In this document: positions 1 through 8,750 of the stretch, piece after piece
Layout: each line of letters begins with the position of its first letter
Position numbering within the stretch: position 1 is the stretch's first letter
NCBI GenBank assembly: GCA_945874145.1
Contig: CAMCFN010000004.1
Span: 5,407-69,406 of the forward strand
Reading direction: 5' to 3'
DNA length: 64,000 nt
From: Akkermansia muciniphila
GTDB lineage: Bacteria > Verrucomicrobiota > Verrucomicrobiia > Limisphaerales > SXTU01
Made by a program: the position numbers and the translations under genes
Notes under the pieces: generated by a model
What the model saw: the letters and a program-made list of their open reading frames with translations, nothing else
Told to the model about the DNA's origin: nothing
Databases searched by the model: none

Positions 1-97
1 CGGGGTAGCGCCCCTCGGCTGCCGGTCGGAACAGGTAGGTCCGCATCGGGCCGGCGGGCGTGGGAAGGTCCACAGCTTCAGAGTCGCGGATAATCAT
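1..97 (-). CDS. 5' end (32 codons) of a dienelactone-hydrolase-like gene that runs out of the window
   Basis: ATG at 97..95 on the minus strand. Translation MIIRDSEAVDLPTPAGPMRTYLFRPAAEGRYP resembles N-termini of dienelactone hydrolase family proteins. GC-rich third positions. Absent from the ORF track because there is no stop in the window. Confidence 0.4.
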   Translation of the reverse strand, partial: MIIRDSEAVDLPTPAGPMRTYLFRPAAEGRYP

Positions 98-214
98 GTC
101 GCCGCGTTGTAGGGGAGCTGGCCGGTGACGGCCAGCCCAAACGCCCACTTCCCGCAATCGGGGCCGCACGCGGAAGAACCTTGTGAATAGCCCTTCATAA
201 CCCCGCCTCTAAAA

Positions 215-2746
215 ATGCGTCGCCACTCACTTGCTGCAATGCCTAGTGCCATCCATCGCCATTGGTTTCCTCGCGTCGGGCTGGGCTTGCTTGCGTTTGT
301 CCTGCCGTTCGTCGCAGAGCCTATTTTTGCCGCCGAAACTCGCATTCATCCGCTGCCGCCGCTGCATGAGCGCATTGATGCGCTCATCGAGTCCGAGTTT
401 GCCGGGCCGTTGACGCCGCCAGCTAGCGACGCGGATTTTCTACGGCGCGCATATCTCGATCTCACCGGCCGGATTCCGGCTTGGGACGAGGCCGACCGGT
501 TCCTGCTCGACGCCTCTGGCCAAAAGCGGTCGCGGCTCGTGGACGGACTGCTCGCGACGCCGCAGCATGCGCGGCACCTCGCGACGTTTTTCGATGTGAT
601 GTTCATGGAGCGGCTGGCTGAGAAGCATGTGAAGGTGGCCGACTGGCAGCAGTTCCTCTTCGCCGCCTGTCTCACCAACCAGCCTTACCACGGCCTCGTT
701 CGTGAAATCCTCGCCGCCGACAGCGCGAACGAAAGGACCCGCGTGGCCAGCCGCTTCCAACTTGATCGGGAGGCCGATCCGGCCGCGCTCACGCGCGACA
801 CTGGACGCGTCTTTTTCGGCATGGACCTCTCTTGTGCGCAATGCCACGACCACCCGAACGTCGCGGACTATCTCCAGCGCGACTATCACGGCCTCTTCGC
901 CTTCTTCAACCGCACCTATCTCTTCACGCGCGACAGCGACAAGAAGGCGTTCATTGCGGAAAAGGCCGAGGGCGACGTGACGTTCACCTCGGTTTTCACC
1001 AAGGAAACCGGGGCCACCCGCCCGCGTCTGCCGGGCGCTGCGCAACTCCCGGAGCCAGCGCCACCGCGCGGTGCCGAGTATCTGGTGCCACCCGACCCGA
1101 AGAACAAAAACCTTCGGCCCGTGCCGCAACACAGCCGCCGCGCCGAGCTGGCCAAGGCTGCCACGGAGACGAACCACCGCGCCTTCAATCGCAACATCGT
1201 GAACCGGTTGTGGGCCATGCTGATGGGCCGCCCCCTCGCCGGTCCGGTGGACGAACTGCATTCCGCGAACCCGCCCGCCTATCCCGCGCTGCTGGACTTG
1301 CTCGCCCGTGAATTCGCCGCGAGCGGTTACGACACCCGGGCCTTCCTGCGCGAGTTGGCCTTGACGCGGGTTTACGGCCGCAGCTTTGAGCTGCCGACGG
1401 CGATCGGTTCGCCGCGCGGGTTGGCGGCCACTTGGATTCCCGTGCTGGAAAACCGCCACCGGCAGGTGACCAACGAAGTGGCTTCCGCCGAGGTGTTCGT
1501 GAGGGAGGTGCGCGATCGCATCGCCGCGCAGCGGAAGGTTGCGCAACCAGTTGCAGACGAGCTGGCGAAGACCAATGCAGTCATCACCGAGGTGCGCAAA
1601 GCCTGCGACCCGGCGATCAATGCGCACCGCGATGCTGAGCGCGATTTGGTTCGGAAACGCGATGGCTTGAAGTCCGTGCAAGCCGCGCAGGCGGGGTTGG
1701 CTCAAGCGTTGGACAAATTGCCCGGCGACAAGGAGATCGTCGCCAGCGCGGACAAGCTCAAAGCGCGCGTCACCGAGTTGAACAAAGAGATCGAGGCGGC
1801 GGCGAAGGACGTGACGACGAAGGACACTGCCGCCAAGCCGTTGCGGGAAAAGCTCGCCGCCGCCGAGGCCACGGCGACTGCCATCCGCACCCGCTGGGCG
1901 GCCGAGGATCAAACGGCTGCGAAGCTCGACGCGGATCTCAGCACTGCGCTCACGCGCTGGCAGGACGCCAAGGCGGATGCCCGGCACCTTGAGCTGCGGC
2001 TGGAAACGGCCCAGACGCTGGTCGAGACCGACCGGCTGCGGGCCGAAGTTGAGCAGTTGCAGGGCAGCTTGGTGCGAGCCGTCCGTCCGGGTGTGACCTC
2101 CGCCCGGTCCGTCGCGCTGGAAGCGAAAGCGGATGTGCAGACGAAGGCCTTGAAGGAGGCCACGGACAAGCTCACGGGCGTGCTGGAAAAGTCCTTTGCC
2201 GTCGGCACCTTGACGCCGCTCACCCCGGAGCAACTGGCGTGGAGCATGATGCGCGCGGCGGGAGTGGTGGACGCCCACGAGGCCGCCGGCGCGGCCGAGT
2301 TCGACAAGAAAAACCCACCGACCACCGCGAACCAAAGCGATCCGGCGTTACCCGCCGAGCGCGCGAAGTTTGCGGAGCAATACACGTGGGACAAGCTCAA
2401 GGGCGGCGCGGCGGGCTTTGCGCCTTTCTTTGCCGCCGGTGCGGGGGAGCCGCAGGACGCCTTCTTCGCCACGGCGGATCAGGCGTTGTTCCTCAACAAC
2501 GGCAGCATGATGCGGAGCTGGCTCGCGCCGTCCGCCGACAACCTCACTGCACGGCTGGGCAAGCTCACCGACGCCGGTGCGCTGGCGAAGCAGCTCTATC
2601 TCAGCGTGCTTACGCGCTGGCCGACGGAGGCTGAAGTTGCGGCGGTGCAGAAGCAACTGGCGGCGCGGGAGAAGGATAAGCCCGCCGTGGTGCAGGAACT
2701 CGCTTGGGGTCTGCTGACCTCGGCGGAATTCCGGTTCAAGCACTGA
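215..2746 (+). CDS. DUF1549/DUF1553 (PSD1-type) secreted protein with a central coiled-coil insert
   Basis: 843-aa ORF with a hydrophobic signal-like N-terminus. DUF1549-type motifs RRAYLDLTGRIPAWDE and SCAQCHDHPN. An Ala/Glu/Lys/Arg-rich coiled-coil segment spans roughly aa 400-640. DUF1553-type C-terminus ends LLTSAEFRFKH. Confidence 0.85.
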   Translation: MRRHSLAAMPSAIHRHWFPRVGLGLLAFVLPFVAEPIFAAETRIHPLPPLHERIDALIESEFAGPLTPPASDADFLRRAYLDLTGRIPAWDEADRFLLDASGQKRSRLVDGLLATPQHARHLATFFDVMFMERLAEKHVKVADWQQFLFAACLTNQPYHGLVREILAADSANERTRVASRFQLDREADPAALTRDTGRVFFGMDLSCAQCHDHPNVADYLQRDYHGLFAFFNRTYLFTRDSDKKAFIAEKAEGDVTFTSVFTKETGATRPRLPGAAQLPEPAPPRGAEYLVPPDPKNKNLRPVPQHSRRAELAKAATETNHRAFNRNIVNRLWAMLMGRPLAGPVDELHSANPPAYPALLDLLAREFAASGYDTRAFLRELALTRVYGRSFELPTAIGSPRGLAATWIPVLENRHRQVTNEVASAEVFVREVRDRIAAQRKVAQPVADELAKTNAVITEVRKACDPAINAHRDAERDLVRKRDGLKSVQAAQAGLAQALDKLPGDKEIVASADKLKARVTELNKEIEAAAKDVTTKDTAAKPLREKLAAAEATATAIRTRWAAEDQTAAKLDADLSTALTRWQDAKADARHLELRLETAQTLVETDRLRAEVEQLQGSLVRAVRPGVTSARSVALEAKADVQTKALKEATDKLTGVLEKSFAVGTLTPLTPEQLAWSMMRAAGVVDAHEAAGAAEFDKKNPPTTANQSDPALPAERAKFAEQYTWDKLKGGAAGFAPFFAAGAGEPQDAFFATADQALFLNNGSMMRSWLAPSADNLTARLGKLTDAGALAKQLYLSVLTRWPTEAEVAAVQKQLAAREKDKPAVVQELAWGLLTSAEFRFKH

Positions 2747-2848
2747 CCACCGGTGCCGCTCCTTCCAGCGCGGAGAAAAATGGCCCTGCCAAGGCAAGAA
2801 AGCGAATTCATCCCCGCCCCCCGCAGTCTGATACCCCACAGCCCGCTT

Positions 2849-4138
2849 ATGAAGCCTTGCCAATACGCCTGTAATTCGGCCGACCACGTCATCGCCCGGC
2901 GCAATTTCCTCGGCAGTCTTGCGCTCGGTGCGGGCGTCGTGGGTGGTCTTGGCACCTTCGCACAGCCATCCGTGTCCGCCGCGCTGGCCAGGGATCAGAA
3001 GCGGATGCTCGTCATCAACATGCACGGCGGGCTTTCCCAGTTGGAGAGCTGGGATCCCAAACCGGGCACCGACACGGGCGGGCCGTTCCGCGCCATTCCC
3101 ACCAGCGTGCCCGGCCTGCACATCAGCGAACTTCTTCCGCACACGGCGAAGGTGATGCACCACCTCGCCGTCGTGCGGAGCATCAACACCAAGAACGACG
3201 ACCATGGCAAGGGCAGCTACATGATGGTCACGGGCCGTCGCAAGATGCCGGGCCAGAGCTACCCGGAAATTGGTGCGGTCGTCGCCAAGTGCCTGGATTC
3301 CCCTGCCCAGAGCCTGCCCGGCCACATCCGCATCACGGCGGGCGGCGGCGGCGGACGCAGCGCGGACTCCGCCTACCTCGGTCCGAAATACGCCAGCATC
3401 TCGCTCGATGGTGGCAAGCCCCCGCAGAACACCACCAAGCCCGAAACCCTGACCGACGTTTCACTCGCCGAGCAGAATGCCTTCCGCCGCCTGGCCAACG
3501 ACCACTTCCTCTCCCGCCGCCGCACGGCGATGACCGATGCCTACGTGCAAAGCTACGAGCAGGCGCTGGAGCTGATGAAGCAGCGCGAAGTCTTCGAGTT
3601 GAGCAAGGAGCCGGAGAAAGACCACGACCGCTACGGCAAACATGACTTCGGCCGGCACTGCCTCATGGCGCGGCGGCTGTTGGAGAAAGGCATCTCCTTC
3701 GTGCAGGTGTCGCACTCCAACTACGATACGCACAACGAGAACTTCAACTTTCACTTCGAGCAGGTGGGCGAGTTCGACAAGCCCTTCGCCACGCTCATCA
3801 CGGACCTGCACGAGCGCGGGATGCTGGAGAACACGCTGGTCGTGGTGCTCTCCGAGTTCGGGCGCACGCCGCGCATCAACCAGTATTACGGACGCGACCA
3901 CTGGGGCAAGGCGTGGAGCGTCTGTCTGGGCGGCGCGGGCCTCCAGCGGGGTGCAATCATCGGTGCGACCAACGCCAACGGCACCGAGGTGAAGGAACGC
4001 GAAGTGGACTGCGGCCATCTCTTCCACACCTACCTGCGCGCGCTGGGCCTCAGTTCCAAGTCGAGCTTTGACGTGGCCGGCCGTCAGGTGCTCATGGCTG
4101 ATCCGGCGTGCGGGCCGATCAAAGAATTGCTGGCGTAG
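2849..4138 (+). CDS. DUF1501 family protein (sulfatase-like fold) with twin-arginine leader
   Basis: Tat motif ARRNFLGSLALGAG. DUF1501-type blocks GGLSQLESWDPKPG, NDDHG, SEFGRTPRINQYYGRDHW. The frame opens at 2753, but ATG 2849 gives a normal Tat leader. Confidence 0.85.
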   Translation: MKPCQYACNSADHVIARRNFLGSLALGAGVVGGLGTFAQPSVSAALARDQKRMLVINMHGGLSQLESWDPKPGTDTGGPFRAIPTSVPGLHISELLPHTAKVMHHLAVVRSINTKNDDHGKGSYMMVTGRRKMPGQSYPEIGAVVAKCLDSPAQSLPGHIRITAGGGGGRSADSAYLGPKYASISLDGGKPPQNTTKPETLTDVSLAEQNAFRRLANDHFLSRRRTAMTDAYVQSYEQALELMKQREVFELSKEPEKDHDRYGKHDFGRHCLMARRLLEKGISFVQVSHSNYDTHNENFNFHFEQVGEFDKPFATLITDLHERGMLENTLVVVLSEFGRTPRINQYYGRDHWGKAWSVCLGGAGLQRGAIIGATNANGTEVKEREVDCGHLFHTYLRALGLSSKSSFDVAGRQVLMADPACGPIKELLA

Positions 4139-4206
4139 CTTCGCGCGGCGGCGCGGCCCACTCGTGAGTTGAAAACATTTGCCGGAAGCGGTTCATTTCC
4201 ATCGCC

Positions 4207-4449
4207 ATGAACTTCAAACAGCAAGACCTCCGCGACTTGGTTCTCCACGCTCCATTCCAAGCCTTCCGGTTGCATCTGTCCGATGGCAAACAACTCAAGG
4301 TTCCCCATCCTGACTTTGCCTTGCCGGGGGCCAGCTTGCTTGTCGTCGCCAATGAGCTGCCCAACGGTGCCCCGGGTGATGTGAACCTGATTTCCTACGA
4401 ACACATCGATCGGGTGGAGTTGCTGCCCAAGCGTTCGGTTAAAGTGTGA
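4207..4449 (+). CDS. hypothetical small protein (80 aa)
   Basis: ATG-initiated ORF 68 nt after the DUF1501 stop. Its stop overlaps the GTG of the next ORF (GTGA). No recognisable family. Confidence 0.45.
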   Translation: MNFKQQDLRDLVLHAPFQAFRLHLSDGKQLKVPHPDFALPGASLLVVANELPNGAPGDVNLISYEHIDRVELLPKRSVKV

Positions 4450-4874
4450 AGCCTGACTTCAAAACCGCCGCCGTTGCCACTGAAGCGCAGAGCCGCTTCA
4501 GTCAGGCGCGTCCTCTCACGGCGAAGATGACGGCGGTCACTGGGAGTCTGACCGCCTTGCTGCTCCTCTGGCATCCGTTGTCCGTGGTTCAATTTGTTAC
4601 AGGCATCTTGATCGGCGTTCTCTGCGCTGTGCTCGGTTTGAAGCAGATGACTAGCGACAGAGCCGTCTTCCCAACCTCTTTTCTTCCCCTGTTCGTCCTA
4701 CTCTTCGGAGCGACGATGATAGCGGACGCGAATGAGCCTGAATCTTCAGCCTTGTCGCTGGCCCATTCGCAATCGCTCATTTTGGCCGCTTGCGGGGCTG
4801 TGATGCTCATCTTCGAGAAACCCGTCCTTCGCCGCTTTGCAAAAGAAACGGCCGCTGAAACTCGCCGAACGTGA
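4446..4874 (+). CDS. hypothetical membrane protein (142 aa)
   Basis: GTG start in a GTGA overlap. About three hydrophobic helices (LTALLLLWHPLSVVQFVTGILIGVLCAVLGL, FLPLFVLLFGATMI, LILAACGAVMLIF). GC about 55%, below its neighbours. The first 13 codons mimic the start of the following WD40 gene. Confidence 0.45.
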   Translation: MKPDFKTAAVATEAQSRFSQARPLTAKMTAVTGSLTALLLLWHPLSVVQFVTGILIGVLCAVLGLKQMTSDRAVFPTSFLPLFVLLFGATMIADANEPESSALSLAHSQSLILAACGAVMLIFEKPVLRRFAKETAAETRRT

Positions 4875-5887
4875 AACCCGACTTCAAAGCCGCGCACGTC
4901 GCCGCCGAGTTCGACCACACGTCGCCGCTCATCACCTGCCGCTTTGACCCCACGGGCAGGTTCGTCTTCGCCACGGCCGAGGATCGCGCCATCCTGCGCT
5001 GGGATCTGGCCGACCCGAAGAAGAAGACCGTGTTCAGCGCGCATGATTCCTATGTCTGGGCGGTTGCGTTGTCGAAGGATGGCCAGATCCTTGTGAGCGC
5101 GGGCGGCGATGACACGCTCATCTGGTGGCCCGCCACGGCGGAGAAGCCTGAACCGCAGCGCAAGGTCGCGGCGCACAAGGGCTGGATTCGCGCCCTCGCC
5201 ATCAGCCCGGACGGCAAGCTCCTCGCCAGCGGTGGCAACGACCGGCTCGTTAAACTCTGGAATCTGGCCGACGGGAAAATGGTGCAGGAGTTCTCCGGCC
5301 ATGAGCTGGACGTTTACAGCGTCACGTTCCATCCCGACGGCAAATTTCTCCTCTCCGGCGACCTCATGGGCAAGGTGCACCAGTGGGATCTCGCCACGGG
5401 CAAGTCCGTGCGCGTGCTCGATGCAAAGGAGCTGCACCATTATGACAAGGGACAGCAAGTTCACTTCGGCGGCATGCGCGGCCTTGCCATTTCGCCGGAC
5501 CGGAAGAACCTCGCGTGCGGCGGGCTGCACAAGGCCACGAACCCCCTTGGCAACGTCCACGAGCCCATCGTCCAGCGCTACGACTGGGAAACCCACAAGT
5601 TGGTGAAGACGCACCTCGCCGAGGGTTTGACTAACTCGACCGTGTGGAACTGCCTCTTCCATCCCGACGGCACGCTCATCGCCGGTTGCGGCGGCGGCAG
5701 CGGCGGGCACCTGCTCTTCTGGGGCAAGGACGACGAGAAGCCCGCGCCCGCCTTCAAGCTCCCCGACATGGCCCGCGAAATGGATTTGCACCCCGACGGC
5801 CTCCAGATCGCCACGGTCCACTACGCCAAGAAACTGCGCCTGACCAAGCTCGCGCCCAAGCCCCCGGCACCCGCGAAGAAGGCGTGA
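4871..5887 (+). CDS. WD40 repeat (beta-propeller) protein, no signal peptide
   Basis: Repeated WD-like blocks (RWDL, LIWW, VKLWNL, VHQWDL). GTG start in a GTGA overlap with the upstream ORF. Paralogous to 40654..41655. Confidence 0.85.
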   Translation: MKPDFKAAHVAAEFDHTSPLITCRFDPTGRFVFATAEDRAILRWDLADPKKKTVFSAHDSYVWAVALSKDGQILVSAGGDDTLIWWPATAEKPEPQRKVAAHKGWIRALAISPDGKLLASGGNDRLVKLWNLADGKMVQEFSGHELDVYSVTFHPDGKFLLSGDLMGKVHQWDLATGKSVRVLDAKELHHYDKGQQVHFGGMRGLAISPDRKNLACGGLHKATNPLGNVHEPIVQRYDWETHKLVKTHLAEGLTNSTVWNCLFHPDGTLIAGCGGGSGGHLLFWGKDDEKPAPAFKLPDMAREMDLHPDGLQIATVHYAKKLRLTKLAPKPPAPAKKA

Positions 5888-5968
5888 GGCCGAACTCCAC
5901 AGTTGAAGGACCACTACCCGAGGCACATCTTACGTGTGGTGACATGAACTGAAACGCACGTTCACGCT

Positions 5969-6127
5969 ATGAAAGAAACCGTCCGTCTCTCCCGTCCGCC
6001 CAAGCCCGCCATGAAGGAAACCGTTCGCCTCGTCATGCCGCCGGCCAAATACGGCCCCGAGGAGCGGGCCAAACACGACGACTGGCTGAAGAAGCAGAAG
6101 TCGCCCGTCGAGCCGCCGCCGCAGTGA
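5969..6127 (+). CDS. possible small ORF (52 aa) with an internal tandem duplication
   Basis: MKETVRLSRPPKPA-MKETVRLVMPPAKYGPEERAKHDDWLKKQKSPVEPPPQ. GC-rich third positions. Below the ORF-track size cutoff, with no homolog recognised. Confidence 0.3.
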   Translation: MKETVRLSRPPKPAMKETVRLVMPPAKYGPEERAKHDDWLKKQKSPVEPPPQ

Positions 6128-6198
6128 CCGACTGCAAGGAAGCGGCTCGGTGGGGTTGCCCGGCAAGCTAGCCGTCTAAGCCCACCGCTTCTGAAGCA

Positions 6199-7131
6199 AT
6201 GTTGCAGCCCCTTGCCGAAGACTTCCTCTTCTCCCTGCGCCACGAGCGCGGGCAGGCGGAGCACACGCAACGCACCTACAAGGCGTTGCTGGACAAATTT
6301 ATCAACTGGGCGGAGCCCCGGGGGATCGAGCACTGGGGCCAGGTGCAGTTGAACCAACTCACCGAGTTTCTCCAGCACGAGTGTGACCGTAAGCTGGCCG
6401 ACGCACCAAAGGAGTCACAGGCGAAGCTCAGCCCCTCCAGCCTCTACCTGCAAATCGCCGCCCTGCGGGCTTTTTACCGCTGGGCCGAAACCGAGAAAAA
6501 GCTGGCCGCAAACCCGGCCGAGAACCTGTCGCTGCCGCGCCGTTGGAAGTTGCTCCCCAAGTCGCTGCCCATCGCGGAAATTGTTCAAATTCTTAAGCCG
6601 TTGCCCGTCAACGAACCTTGGGACCTATGTGATCAGGCGATCCTTGAACTCGCCTACGCCAGCGGCCTGCGGCTCGCGGAGCTGCGCAACTTGCGGCTGG
6701 AGCAGTTGCACCTGGAAGCTGGCTTTGTCACCGTGATTGGCAAGGGCAACAAGGAACGCGTGGTCCCGGTCGGCAAATTTGCGGCGGCCGCGCTGAACCG
6801 TTACCTCGAGGTCGCGCGGCCCAAGCTCGTCAGTCCGAGATCGCCGGCGAATGTCTTTCTCACCCGGCGGGGCACGGCCTTCGCGCATGTGACCATGTGG
6901 GCGCACATCAAGCAGCGGGTGCGGCGCGCGGGCATCGAGCGTCTCGTGACGCCACACATGCTGCGGCACAGCTTCGCCACGCATCTGCTGGAGCACGGCG
7001 CGGACCTGCGTGTGATTCAGGAGCTGCTGGGCCATTCGAGCATCAGCACCACGGAGGTTTACACGCACGTCGCCGGTCAGCGGCTGAGGGAGGTGCATGC
7101 GGAACACCATCCACGGGCCAAATTCTCATGA
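6199..7131 (+). CDS. tyrosine site-specific recombinase, XerC/XerD family
   Basis: 310 aa. C-terminal catalytic block HMLRHSFATHLLEHGADLRVIQELLGHSSISTTEVYTHV. N-terminal SAM-like core-binding region. Confidence 0.9.
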   Translation: MLQPLAEDFLFSLRHERGQAEHTQRTYKALLDKFINWAEPRGIEHWGQVQLNQLTEFLQHECDRKLADAPKESQAKLSPSSLYLQIAALRAFYRWAETEKKLAANPAENLSLPRRWKLLPKSLPIAEIVQILKPLPVNEPWDLCDQAILELAYASGLRLAELRNLRLEQLHLEAGFVTVIGKGNKERVVPVGKFAAAALNRYLEVARPKLVSPRSPANVFLTRRGTAFAHVTMWAHIKQRVRRAGIERLVTPHMLRHSFATHLLEHGADLRVIQELLGHSSISTTEVYTHVAGQRLREVHAEHHPRAKFS

Positions 7132-7206
7132 TCCCTGCAGGCTGCCAAAATGTTGCCCTGCCAACGACCGCTTGAAACCCTCCTTGGCGTTGTCCATTCT
7201 CCGCCC

Positions 7207-7992
7207 ATGATTACCCATCGCTTGGTCCCGCTGCTCCGTTTCGCACTCCTGCTCTCGCTCGTCTCCGTGTCCGCCGCCGCCGATTCAGCCATCGGCGTTG
7301 GAGCCAAGCCCATCGCCGGGGCGGAGGTGCTCATTGATGGCTCGCGCAAGCTGCTAGACGACAAGTGGACTTACTGGCAGGGACCGCGCTTCGCCTCCTC
7401 GCTGCCCATCAAGTGGAAGATCGTTGAGGATCCAGTGGACAAAGGCGGCACCGTGGTGATGACCGACGACCCGGTTGCGCTCGGCGGCAAATATGGCACC
7501 GCAGACATCGTGACCAAGAAGGCCTATCGCGACTTCCGGCTGCACATCGAGTTTTGCGTCATGAACCCGCGCGGCAACAGCGGCGTGTATCTCCAGAACC
7601 GCTACGAGATCCAGATCATGGAGGGTGACAAAACCAAGCACGGCATGGGCGCGGTGATTAACGAGACCGAGTCGCCCTACCATGCGTTCGCCGGCCTCGG
7701 GAAGTGGAACAGCTACGACATCGTCTTCCGCGCCGCGCGCTTCAAGGACGGCCAGCGCACTGAGAAGGCGATGGTCTCCATGTATTTTAACGGTCAGAAG
7801 GTCCACAAGAACATCGCAATCAACCAAGTCTGGGGCGGGGCAAACTCCGGTGTGGACGGCGGCAACGACAAGGGCCAAGGCATCACCGACACGCCGCAGG
7901 GCCTCAAGCTCCAATGCGAAGGCCACGACGTGCGGTATCGCAACAGCTGGATCAAGGAGCTGGATCTGAAGGAAGCGAACACGGACTTCTGA
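7207..7992 (+). CDS. DUF1080 (3-keto-disaccharide hydrolase / lectin-fold) secreted protein
   Basis: Signal peptide MITHRLVPLLRFALLLSLVSVSAAA. Motifs NSGVYLQNRYEIQI and LKLQCEGHDVRYRNSWIKEL are typical of DUF1080. The track ORF opens at 7150. Confidence 0.8.
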   Translation: MITHRLVPLLRFALLLSLVSVSAAADSAIGVGAKPIAGAEVLIDGSRKLLDDKWTYWQGPRFASSLPIKWKIVEDPVDKGGTVVMTDDPVALGGKYGTADIVTKKAYRDFRLHIEFCVMNPRGNSGVYLQNRYEIQIMEGDKTKHGMGAVINETESPYHAFAGLGKWNSYDIVFRAARFKDGQRTEKAMVSMYFNGQKVHKNIAINQVWGGANSGVDGGNDKGQGITDTPQGLKLQCEGHDVRYRNSWIKELDLKEANTDF

Positions 7993-8207
7993 GGCTTGGA
8001 GCGCGGTCCGCCGGTCCGCTTCGATCGAGCAAGTGCGCAGGCTACGATGGCATGCCAATTCTCATAGAGAATCGAAATCCTGAGTCAGGCGGAGGTGGTG
8101 CGTTTGGCCCTGCGACTCGCAAGGAAGCGGGCTTTGACGACCGAAGCGCCGCACGCGGCAATCCAACGCGGTCTTGTCTTCCAATTCGCGCGAGCTAAGT
8201 TCGCCCC

Positions 8208-8435
8208 ATGACCGCAGCCGCGCTGAAGGACATTGCAACCACCGCCGAGCAACTCCCGACGAAGGACCGGGCCTATCTCGCCGAGCGGCTCATCGCCAGT
8301 CTGGATGAAAGCGAGCTGGAGCAGCAGTGGGCCAGCGAGGCCATCCGCCGCCGCGACGAGGTGCGCTCGGGCAAGGTCAAGCCCATCCCCGCCGCAGAGG
8401 TCTATCGCCAGATTGAAAGCCTGCTGGCGAAGTGA
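8208..8435 (+). CDS. type II antitoxin, 'putative addiction module component' family
   Basis: 75 aa. LPTKDRAYLAERLIASLDE...WASEAIRRRDEVRSGKVKPIPAAEV matches the small addiction-module component family normally paired with RelE/ParE toxins. Confidence 0.75.
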   Translation: MTAAALKDIATTAEQLPTKDRAYLAERLIASLDESELEQQWASEAIRRRDEVRSGKVKPIPAAEVYRQIESLLAK

Positions 8436-8740
8436 TGCACGAGTTCCATCCCGAGGCGGCTGAGGAGTTCGCGGAGGCGGTCCAGTTCTACAAACAACGC
8501 GGGCGCACCTTGGGCCAGCGTTTCGCCTCGGAGGTTCGCGCCGCAATTGCCCGCGCCGTCGTGACACCGGAACGCTGGCGTGTTCTTGAGGACGACGTTC
8601 GGCAGTGTGTGGTGCGCGTGTTTCCCTACGCGGTCCTCTACACCATCGAGCCGGACTACCTGCTCATCATCGCCATCAAGCACGGGAAACGGCAGCCGGG
8701 CTATTGGCGGCACCGGGTCAAGGACAGGCCGCACAGTTGA
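8435..8740 (+). CDS. type II toxin, RelE/ParE family
   Basis: The ATG overlaps the antitoxin TGA by 1 nt (TGATG). FHPEAAEEFAEAVQFY...FPYAVLYTIEPDYLLIIAIKHGKRQPGYW is a typical RelE/ParE layout. Confidence 0.8.
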   Translation: MHEFHPEAAEEFAEAVQFYKQRGRTLGQRFASEVRAAIARAVVTPERWRVLEDDVRQCVVRVFPYAVLYTIEPDYLLIIAIKHGKRQPGYWRHRVKDRPHS

Positions 8741-8750
8741 CAGACACAAC

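Noticed and set aside
8068-8211. Possible remnant of an RHH/ParD-like antitoxin (…ILSQAEVVRLALRLARKRAL…) whose frame ends in an ATGA overlap with the antitoxin start at 8208
   Set aside because: There is no start codon after the in-frame TAG at 8065. It is only about 47 codons, and the similarity is a single short motif. This is not enough to call a gene or pseudogene.
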